Shown piece after piece: positions 34,120 to 43,357 of a stretch of 43,357 nt of DNA (positions within the stretch are counted from its first letter, which is position 1; each line of letters opens with the position of its first letter). The notes under the pieces are model-generated. The model did not search any database and was not told the DNA's origin. It saw only the letters and a list, made by a program, of their open reading frames with translations. The DNA comes from Nemertoderma westbladi (lineage: Eukaryota > Animalia > Xenacoelomorpha): assembly GCA_032718475.1 (NCBI GenBank), contig JAUCBJ010003827.1, positions 1 to 43,357 of the forward strand. Direction: 5' to 3'. A program made the position numbers and the translations under genes.

Positions 34120-35202
34120 CTTTTTACCTCTTTCATTTCTATTCAGACATTTCTGACTCTAGCGGTATAGTGAGAACTGAAGATGGATTAGGGTCTCCAG
34201 CCCCACAAAGACACAGCCTATGGATGAATAGTACATACGTACATCGGCCAAGTTTCATCTTGAATAACGGATAAAGAAATGAGAGACGGATCTCACTTTC
34301 AGAAATTTCGTCGTATAGCGGCAGACCGATTAAATCTCCCCCCCCCCCCCCCCCCCCTTCCCACAAAGACGCAGCATGTGGTCCAGAATATATGGCAAGA
34401 TTCAGCTTAAACTGATTAAAATCAATGAGACGGGAGAATCTATTCACTTTCAGGCATAAAGTAGTCCTATAGCGGGTGACTGTTGAACTGATTTTCAACA
34501 AAACAAATTTTCAACTTGGCAGCTTTAAATTCGACAAAGTTATAAGCATGTCAATATCATAACGACGACAACGATTTCACTTTCAGACATTTGGCCCTCT
34601 AGCGGCAGACTGGAGAACTGCAGATGGATTCGCCTCCTTTGAAAGTCACAGCTAATGGTCTAATACATATCTGCCAAGTTTCAGCTTAAACGGATTAAAA
34701 GCAAAGAAATGGGAGGGCATTTAATGTTTAGACATGTGGCCCTCTAGCGGGAGACCATTGCACTGATGGTGTCTGAAAGTCTCTCAAAAATCTCAACTTT
34801 AGCTCATATTGATACCTACAAATTTTCAACTTGGCAGCTTTAAATCCGACAAAGTTATTAGCATGTCAAAATCGTAACGACGACAACGATTTCACTTTCA
34901 GACCTTTGGCCCTCTAGCGGCAGACTGGAGAACTGCAGATGGATTCGCCTCCTTTGAAAGTCACAGCTAATGGTCTAATACATATCTGCCAAGTTTCAGC
35001 TTAAACGGATTAAAAGCAAAGAAATGGGAGGGCATTTAATGTTTAGACATGTGGCCCTCTAGCGGGAGACCATTGCACTGATGGTGTCTGAAAGTCTCTC
35101 AAAAATCTCAATTTTTGCTCATATTGATACCTACAAATTTTCAACTTGGCAGCTTTAAATCCGACAAAGTTATTAGCATGTCAAAATCGTAACGACGACG
35201 AC

Positions 35203-35241
<39 letters not shown>

Positions 35242-35245
35242 AACT
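34120..35245 (+). repeat. 315-bp tandem repeat with diverged upstream copies, ending in a (CGA)n microsatellite
   Basis: TCAACTTGGCAGCTTTAAAT recurs at 34511, 34826 and 35141. (CGA)n tract at ~35193-35240. A tandem core plus microsatellite resembles Helentron/HINE-type elements (inference). Confidence 0.8.
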
Positions 35246-35958
35246 ATTTGCATAAATTGACCCACCCCCTAACAGTGTCAATTCGCTAAGGCTCCGCCAA
35301 CTTCGTGGCTCGCCCCACATACATACAATATTGCAATGTTCTAGAGTGAATAAACCCATATACGGTACCCATTTATACTCATTAATACCCATATATCCGT
35401 TTATACCCATTTACCCGTTTATACCCACATACCGTTTTATACCTTTTTTTTTAATTAAAATACGATATATAACAATTAAACAAATCAAACCTCCATATCA
35501 TAAAATAAACAAATTACTGTATGCAGTGTGTGGCAGGTGGGTGGGGGGGGGGGGGGGGGGACATGTAGGCCTATGGTTAGGGGTTAGCCACGGTATGTAT
35601 TCCTTGTATGTATTATTTTTTTTATTTAAATATAATACCCGATTATACCCTTATACCCACCCATACATAACCTTTGGCAAGGGTGCAAAGTTCCACAAAA
35701 CTTCTTAGATAGACCCTCATCATGACATAGGGTTAGGGTTACATAACAGTTTTAATTAGGGTTTGGGCGTGTCCCTGTATCCAAAAAGCGCGCCGACCAA
35801 TTTTATGCGCGCCGCGAGCCGATGCAATTTCGAAGCAAACCGCGCGCCTACGAAATTTTTAAGCGCGTGAAACAATGTTGAAACAATTTTGAAGCGCGGC
35901 GCGTCAATGCAATTTCAATTTTGAAGGAGTGAAACTAGATAACTAGAAACTAGATACT

Positions 35959-36602
35959 CTTTCCGAAATAACTGAACAAGAAATTGAGTCAATTATCCAG
36001 GAAATTGATACAAGCAAAAGTACAGGCGCCGATGGAATTCCAGCACGAATAATAAAAGATTGCAGTGACGTCATTACTGGACCTATAACACACATAATTA
36101 ATACTTCGATCAAAACCAGCACTTTTTCTGAAAATTACAAAACCGCCAAAGTCAAGCCTATTAAAAAAAGTTCTAGTAATGCTCTAGAAAATAACAGACC
36201 GATTTCTCTCCTGCCAATTTTATCGAAGATTCTTGAAAGGGTCGTCCACAACCAGCATGCGGAATATATAGCAACAAGTCTAAACTTCAGTCTGGATTTC
36301 GGCGTGGATATTCGACTGAGACTACCCTAATCTATGTAGACAACTTCATCCGAGAAGGTATTGAGAAAGGCCATCTTACAGGTATGGTTCTAATAGATCT
36401 CAGCAAGGCGTTCGACACCATAGATCATTCCACACTGCTAGCCAAACTCAAACTTATGGGATTCTCTGATAGCATTACAAGATGGATGAAATCGTACCTG
36501 ACGGGTAGACAGCAGTTTGTGAGTATTAATGGTGTAGAATCGGAAAGAAGCCAAATTGACATTGGAGTTCCTCAAGGTTCGATTTTGGGGCCCGATTTAT
36601 TC
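35959..36602 (+). pseudogene. CR1/L2-group LINE reverse transcriptase fragment
   Basis: KSTGADGIPARIIK...KTAKVKPIKK...RPISLLPILSKILERVV, frameshift at ~36285, then QSGFRRGYSTET...IDLSKAFDTIDH...GVPQGSILGP. Ends before the YADD motif. Confidence 0.88.
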
Positions 36603-36804
36603 GGTGATTTATTTTATCTACCTTTAATCCCTATGGAAATGAGATGTAATTATCTCTTAGGGCTATCCTTAGCGGCTACATTTTTTTTTTTTGGTTAATT
36701 TGTAACGGTGATAACACTACACACACAATGGGCGTCAAGCTTGGATCATGCTTTTTATTTTGTAATTATTTTAGTTTAAATATATTTTGTTAGTGTAAAT
36801 CCTT

Positions 36805-38510
36805 ATAAATAAAAAGTGGAGAAACAGCATGATCAACTGCGAGCCATACAGCTCGTTCAACCTAATTGGTTCGGACCACAGAATTGTGACTGCAGAGATC
36901 AGACTCAGTTTGAGAGCCAGCAAACCCAGGACAAGCAAGCAAATCAACTATGACTGGGAGAAACTCAGAACTGACAATGCTGTAAAGGATGCTTATACAG
37001 TAGAAGTTCAAAACCGCTTTGAAGCACTTCAGTCAATGGATGAAGACCAATCCACCAATTCAATATACCAGAATATAATAACAGCCCACAAGGAATCAGC
37101 TAAGAGGCATATCCCCCAGAAACCCAAACGAAAACAGTACATGCCATGGCAACACTCTGAGGTTACTTGTAAGAGAGAAGATCTCAAGATAGCCTACAAA
37201 GTTAAAACCGAACAACCAACAACTGAAAATATTAACAAGGTTGAGAGAGCTAAGGACGATCTTAAATTGGCCTACAACATCAGCCAGGAAAAGTACATAC
37301 AGGATAAAACTGAAGCAATTACAACTGCTCACATACAGCAACAATCAAGACTTACCTGGCAAACTGTAAATGAGGTATCTGGTCGGAAAAGTTGTGCAAA
37401 GGGGCGCCTCAAAGCCGATAGTCCTGAAGAACGTGTTGGGAAGTGGAAAAATCACTTCAGCAACTTGCTTGGGCAGCCACCAAACATCGATGTCAGCCCT
37501 ACAAGGAAAATATATGACAAGACACTACCTATAGAAACAGGGGACTTCACACCTGCCGAACTCCAAAGAAGCATTAAAAGCATGTCCAATAATAAAGCGA
37601 GTGGATTAGATGAAATCCCAGCGGAGGTATGGAAAACCGGAGTGCTAAACAGACCATTATTGAATGTTTGCAACCGGATGTTAAAAGGGGAAAAGCCACC
37701 ACCAATTTGGACTAAAGGTCAACTAAAGCCTCTCCCCAAGAAAGGAGACCTCGGTATACCAACGAACTATCGTGGGATCTGTCTGCTTGTGGTAGCTGCC
37801 AAAATATACAATAAAATGATTCTATATAGGATTAGGCCTCACATAGAGAAACTACTGCGTAAGAGCCAAAACGGATTTCGACCGACCAAGTAGATCAACA
37901 ATAGCTCAGATACTTGCACTACGGAGACTGATTGAAGGAATTAAGTCAAAGAATCTCCCCGCAGTCATGACTTTTGTGGACTTCAAGAAGGCATTCGACT
38001 CCATCCATAGAGGTAAAATGCTTGAAATCCTAAGAGCTTATGGAATACCAGAAGTAATTGTTGCTGGCATTGGATTGTTATATTGTGACACAGAAGCGCA
38101 GGTACTATCACCAGATGGTGAAACTAAGTTTTTCTCAATCCTGGCCGGCGTACTGCAAGGTGACACATTATCACCATTACTATTTGTAATTGTTCTGGAT
38201 TACGCAACGAGGACGGCCACAAAGGGTGAAGATCTGGGATTCACACTTCAAGAACGCAGAAGTAGTAGATATCCGGCAACTACAGTCACAGACACCGACT
38301 TTGCGGATGACATCGCCCTGCTCTCTAATACGCTAGCAGATGCACAGCTTCTACTAAATAAAGTGGAGAGGGCTGCTAAGGAGGTTAGATTGCATATAAA
38401 TGCTACAAAGGCCGAATTCATGACCTTTAATGTTGATGGAAACTTGACAACCATTGATAATAATTAACTAAGGAAGATCGATGACTTCCAGTACCTTGGA
38501 TCATGGGTGG
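36805..38510 (+). pseudogene. RTE-clade-like LINE fragment (end of APE endonuclease plus RT)
   Basis: GSDHRIV (APE end), KASGLDEIPAE, NYRGICLL, QNGFR, DFKKAFDSI, GVLQGDTLSP, FADDIAL, YLGSW. Disabled by a 4-bp duplication (CGACCGAC, ~37879-37886) and a TAA at 38465-38467. Confidence 0.88.
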
Positions 38511-39712
38511 ATCTCATTTCCACTGTCCGAGTTCGCTCGACCTAGTATAGTAGTAGTTAGTGTAAATATGTTAATTTGGTGAAAAATGTGGTGTCAGTAT
38601 CGGCGTCTTTATTTTAACTTTTTTAGGATATTTTAAACAAGATCGAATCCATATTTATTCCTTATTATTTTATTTAAATATAATTCGTACATCCACAGAC
38701 AATCAAGATACTGTAGTTTTGGAAAAATTAGTCTCCACCTCTCCAGTATTTTTCCATTTGGAACTTTAATATGTTTCTTGTTGCAAGTTGTTAATGGCAG
38801 TATTTATGTGTTATTTTATTAAGTATCAATAACGTTCCTTATTTTTATTTGTTACATGCACCTGGCCTATTCATATTAATTTTGCTTGTGGATTCTTTTC
38901 AGATAATTTTTGTGTATTTTTAACCTTTTAACCGATTCCATTACCATTTTATTATTTTTATTTAACTGGAGTATTATAACGCTTATACTGTATATTATAT
39001 TATATTCAATTATGTTCTTAGTTTCTGTATCAATTACGTTCTATATTCATTTTATTTCAACTGCGAATCGAACATTGTTGTAAATATTTAATATTTAACA
39101 CTAAAATTGCGTATATTATATTATGTACTAAATGGCGTATATTATGTACTAAATTGTGTATATTGTGTTAAACAGTAACAATTGTACTATGATTGTCGTA
39201 CTACACTGTAGTTGTACAAGCCATATAACTGTAGCAAGGCCTACTGTACTTAGTACAGTAGGCCTTGAACTGTAGTGATTTGTATTTATTTTACTTGTAA
39301 TCCGCTAATAAACAAGTTCAAGTTCAAGTTCATAACAGAATTACGAAAGGCGAGCGATTCGCCTAGGACCATGGGCCTTGCTAGGACACCAGTTATTATC
39401 AGGTTATATTATAAACAAGGCTTACTACAGTACTAGAAGACCTACTGTAGTACTGTAGTGGGCCTTGATTATAAATTAGGTACCGGTACCTGTTCCAAAT
39501 TCAGGTACCGGTGTCAGCGATAGTGATATAAGCTCCTGAGTTTGGTGCTTTATTATTTATTGATTATACTACCGGTATCCAGGCTGCCAGGTATCAGGGT
39601 ATTGCAGTATTGTATGTATATGTATATAGACATTATAGAGTCTTATATTACAAGGTTCAGCAGTTATAAGCTTTATTCACTTCGCAGGCTGACAGGCGCA
39701 GGTTAGAAGATA

Positions 39713-41680
39713 ATGAGCCGGTCATCCTCATCCCCTTCGCCTGGGAATATTCAAACCAAATCGAAACGCGTGTTAATCGAACTCGTTGATGAACAGACTG
39801 AAAAGTTGCGACGATATGAGTCGAGATTTAAGGATGTAGTCACGGCTTATAAGAGCTGCGCCAAAGAGAAAGAGGCGCTTGAGGGATGTCTGAAATCGCA
39901 AACTAATAAAATTGTTAAACCCAAAAAACCCGTAGAAACAATAGAAACTGGAACGGGAGAAGTTGAAACGTTAGATATTATTCGCGATGTTAAGAAGGAG
40001 GATGATACTAAGGATAAAGACGACAAGGATGATGATGATGGCATGAACCAACAGATATCGCAGTTGATGGAGGCTGTAAGAACCATATCGGATGAGAAAA
40101 CTCGGATGGAGACAACCTTCCAGAACGATCGTAAACTCCTGATACAACAGCTTGCAGAATCCAAAGCTAAGAGTGAAGAGACAGTTAGAGATATAGAGGA
40201 GAAACTGGTTGCTATGAGCGACCAATGTAAACAATCAAAGGAGAAGTTGTTGGCGGAACAGAATGATAGACATAAAGAGCAAGAGGACCATTCAGCCATG
40301 TTAATGGAGTTGCAGGAGTTATTTGGAAGAGAAAGGAGTGTAAAGGGGGAGCTAGAGAGGGAGTTACAGCGGGTCAAAGCGGATTTAATCGTGTGTAAAG
40401 AGAAATCAGTACAGTTGGACGGTTATAGGAGGGAGTTAGCTGAGCTAACCGATATACTGAAGGATAAGGATGAGTTGGCTAGTCGGCCTAACCCCGTGGT
40501 GGTTCAGCTGCAGAGTCAGTTAGCGGAGGAACGAGTGCAGCACAGACTGGACGTGGCGATGGAGCAGCGGCGCGCGGAGGAGGCGATGGAGCGCTTACGG
40601 AGCGTCTCAGAGCTCGCGGAACTACGCGTAGGCAAGTTGGAGGACAAGTTAGGGGAGGTTAGCGAGGTGGTGGGCAAGTACGAGTCTGGTAAGTTACACG
40701 ATCAGGTGAGTATTCAGAGACTGCGGGAGAGAGTGATGCAATGCGAACTGGAGAATAATATACTGGCGCGGTTGGTTTCTGAAGGGGGAGGGGATGGTGG
40801 TAGCGCACTTGCACCACAGGATGGCACCGGTGTACCTGCACCAGCGGTGTGCACCGGCGCCCCGCCCTCCGACGACAACGACTCCATCCACCGTCGGTGT
40901 CGCGACGAACTCGATAAACTCCAGTCGGATTTCGACCAGTATAAACGCCGCGCCGCCAACTCGCTGCGCAATAAACCCCCGGTGGAGGAACTAACCGCGC
41001 TGCGTTCCGAACTTCGGGAACTCCGAGAGCGGAACGCGGCGACGGAGGTGCGATGGAAGGAGGAGACGGAACGTCTGGAAGCGATGGGTAGGGAGGATAA
41101 AGAGAGGAGTCGCCTGGAAGCTGTGGGGACCGCGAGGAAGTACAGACTGGAAGTCGTCCAACTGGAAGACGAACTGAGTAAACAGAGGAACCGGAGTTTG
41201 GAACTCCTCCGGGATAAGGAGATGGAGATCGAACGGTTGCAGAACGTTCCATCGCGTTCCGAACACCCGGGGGAACCGCTGCCAGGAACCAGCGAACTCG
41301 AACCGTTGCAGTACGAGTCACAGGTTCTCTTCTACGCCGAGGAGCAGTCCCGGAGAACTAAAGAGTTGGAGCGACTGCGGAGAGAGAAACTCGACGTGGA
41401 GGAAGAGAAACGCCAACTAGCGGCCGTGCTGAGAGAAACAAGAGATGAATTGGAAGAAACGAGTTCCCGGGCCGACCAACAGAAGGACACATACAGACGG
41501 AACCAGAGTCGCTGTAGTGCCAATATGGAGTACCTCAAACACGTTGTCTATAAATACTTGACCTCGGAGAGAGGGAGTAGGGGGCAGATGTTAAACGCTA
41601 TACTAACAATACTAGAGTTCAGTCCTGTTGAGAGACGGGAGGTGGGAAAATATAGGGGGACAAGTGGTTGGTGGTGGTAG
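39713..41680 (+). CDS. GCC1: GRIP and coiled-coil domain-containing protein 1 (GCC88 golgin), 655 aa
   Basis: N-terminal YESRFKDVVTAYKSCAKEKEALE matches the conserved GCC1 N-terminus. Long coiled coil, C-terminal GRIP domain ANMEYLKHVVYKYL...AILTILEFSPVE and terminal WW. Splice-acceptor-like CTTTATTCACTTCGCAG ends at 39687. Confidence 0.92.
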   Translation: MSRSSSSPSPGNIQTKSKRVLIELVDEQTEKLRRYESRFKDVVTAYKSCAKEKEALEGCLKSQTNKIVKPKKPVETIETGTGEVETLDIIRDVKKEDDTKDKDDKDDDDGMNQQISQLMEAVRTISDEKTRMETTFQNDRKLLIQQLAESKAKSEETVRDIEEKLVAMSDQCKQSKEKLLAEQNDRHKEQEDHSAMLMELQELFGRERSVKGELERELQRVKADLIVCKEKSVQLDGYRRELAELTDILKDKDELASRPNPVVVQLQSQLAEERVQHRLDVAMEQRRAEEAMERLRSVSELAELRVGKLEDKLGEVSEVVGKYESGKLHDQVSIQRLRERVMQCELENNILARLVSEGGGDGGSALAPQDGTGVPAPAVCTGAPPSDDNDSIHRRCRDELDKLQSDFDQYKRRAANSLRNKPPVEELTALRSELRELRERNAATEVRWKEETERLEAMGREDKERSRLEAVGTARKYRLEVVQLEDELSKQRNRSLELLRDKEMEIERLQNVPSRSEHPGEPLPGTSELEPLQYESQVLFYAEEQSRRTKELERLRREKLDVEEEKRQLAAVLRETRDELEETSSRADQQKDTYRRNQSRCSANMEYLKHVVYKYLTSERGSRGQMLNAILTILEFSPVERREVGKYRGTSGWWW

Positions 41681-43357
41681 GGGGGGGGGCCGGGGGAGGT
41701 GGTGGTAGTGGGGGGACCGGGGAGGTGGTGGTAGTGGGGGGACCGGGGGAGGTGGTTGTAGTGGGGGGGCCGGGGAGGTGGTGGTAGTGGGGGGGCCGGG
41801 GAGGTGGTGGTAGTGGGGGGACCGGGGAGGTGGTGGTAGTGGGTGGACCGGGGGAGGTGGTGGTAGTGGGTGGACCGGGGGAGGTGGGGGGACCGGGGGA
41901 GGTGGTGGTAGTGGGGAGACCGGGGAGGTGGTGGTAGTGGGGGGGCCGGGGAGGTGGTGGTAGTGGGGGGGCCGGGGAGGTGGTGGTAGTGGGGGGACCG
42001 GGGAGGTGGTGGTAGTGGGGGGGCCGGGGAGGTGGTGGTAGTGGGGGGACCGGGGAGGTGGTGGTAGTGGGGGGACCGGGAGAGGTGGTGGTAGTGGGGG
42101 GACCGTGGAGGTGGTGGTCGTGGGGGGACCGGGGAGGTGGTGGTAGTGGGGGGACCGGGGAGGTGGTGGTAGTGGGGGGACCGGGGAGGTGGTGGTAGTG
42201 GGGGACCGGGGCAGGTTGGTGGTAGTGGGGGGACCGGGGGTGGTGGTGGTAGTGGGGGGACCGGGGAGGTGGTGGTAGTGGGGGGATCGGGGAGGTGGTG
42301 GTAGTGGGGGGACCGGGGGAGGTGGTGGTAGTGGGGGGGGCCGGGGCAGGTTGGTGGTAGTGGGGGGGGGGGGGCAGGTTGGTGGTAGTGGGGGGACCGG
42401 GGGAGGTGGTGGAAGTGGGGGGACCGGGGAGGTGGTGGAAGTGGGGGGACCGGGGGAGGTGGTGGTAGTGGGGGGACCGGGGAGGTGGTGGTAGTGGGGG
42501 GACCGGGGGAGGTGGTGGTATTGGGGGGGGCAGGTTGGTGGTAGTTGGGGGGCCGGGGCAGGTTGGTGGTAGTGGGGGGACCGGGGGAGGTGGTGGTAGT
42601 GGGGGGACCGGGGAGGTGGTGGTAGTGGGGGGGGGGCAGGTTGGTGGTAGTGGGGGGACCGGGCAGGTTGGTGGTAGTGGGGGGACCGGGGAGGTGGTGG
42701 TAGTGGGGGGACCGGGGGAGGTGGTGGTAGTGGGGGGGGGGGGGGGGAGTCCGGGGCAGGTTGGTGGTAGTGGGGGGACCGGGGAGGTGTTGGTAGTGGG
42801 GGGGGCCGGGGAGGTGGTGGTAGTGGGGGGACCGGGGAGGTGGTGGTAGTGGGGGGACCGGGGAGGTGGTGGTAGTGGGGGGACCGGGGGAGGTGGTGGT
42901 AGTGGGGGGGGGGGGCGGGGCAGGTTGGTGGTAGTGGGGGCGGGGCAGGTTGGTGGTAGTGGGGGGACCGGGGGAGGTGGTGGTAGTGGGGGGGGCCGGG
43001 GAGGTGGTGGTAGTGGGGGGACCGGGGGAGGTGGTGGTAGTGGGGGGACCGGGGAGGTGGTGGTAGTGGGGGGACCGGGGGAGGTGGTGGTAGTGGGGGG
43101 GGGGGGGCGGGGCAGGTTGGTGGTAGTGGGGGGGCCGGGGCAGGTTGGTGGTAGTGGGGGGACCGGGGGAGGTGGTGGTAGTGGGGGGACCGGGGAGGTG
43201 GTGGTAGTGGGGGGGGGGCAGGTGGTGGTAGTGGGGGGACCGGGGAGGTGGTGGTAGTGGGGGGGGGGGGGGCAGGTTGGTGGTAGTGGGGGGACCGGGC
43301 AGGTTGGTGGTAGTGGGGGGACCGGGGAGGTGGTGGTAGTGGGGGGACCGGGGAGGA
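41667..43357 (+). repeat. G-rich ~26-bp minisatellite (GGGGAGGTGGTGGTAGTGGGGGGACC)n with G-quadruplex potential
   Basis: Starts at the last GCC1 codons and runs to the window end. G-run lengths vary and a GCAGGTTGGTGGTAG variant occurs. Confidence 0.95.

Noticed and set aside
35575-35765. Telomere or interstitial telomeric array (TTAGGG)
   Set aside because: Only one or two units at scattered positions. More likely part of a dispersed repeat.
35959-38510. Single RT gene, retron or DGR-like system
   Set aside because: These are two separate decayed non-LTR fragments with overlapping RT motifs and disabling lesions. No template/variable repeat pair or ncRNA is evident.
39847-41538. Antisense ORFs over GCC1
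   Set aside because: Ser/Leu-rich shadows of a Glu/Lys/Arg-rich coiled-coil CDS.
42535-43257. Gly/Val-rich ORFs
   Set aside because: Products of the G-rich repeat with variable homopolymer lengths and non-ATG starts.

Overview
Eukaryotic (animal, probably invertebrate) AT-rich, repeat-dense genomic DNA, not prokaryotic. It has two recognisable host genes, both on + with uninterrupted CDSs: an NFIL3/E4BP4/vrille-type bZIP factor (21202-22797) and the GRIP-domain golgin GCC1/GCC88 (39713-41680). The rest is mostly transposons whose ends and target-site duplications (TSDs) can be read directly. These are an IS3EU-like element with a frameshifted integrase (5460-7918, 6-bp TSD), a 6.3-kb Foldback-like element with arms of 31-bp variant repeats (8118-14430, 9-bp TSD), three hAT-type non-autonomous elements (8-bp TSDs; two sit in one 44-bp satellite), a nested pair with CAGTCGGG-type ends and 5-bp TSDs, Kolobok- and Harbinger-like MITEs, and decayed CR1/L2 and RTE LINE fragments. 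Many minisatellites are present (12, 20, 23, ~26, 31, 44 and 315 bp units). The long repetitive ORFs are artefacts of stop-free repeats and there is no CRISPR array. Best leads: the Foldback element whose array multimerises a motif from its own terminus, a G-rich minisatellite seeded at the GCC1 Trp-Trp-stop codons, an ATF4-like uORF layout on NFIL3, and the 5-bp-TSD family. No database search was possible, so family names come from recognised motifs and novelty is unverified.
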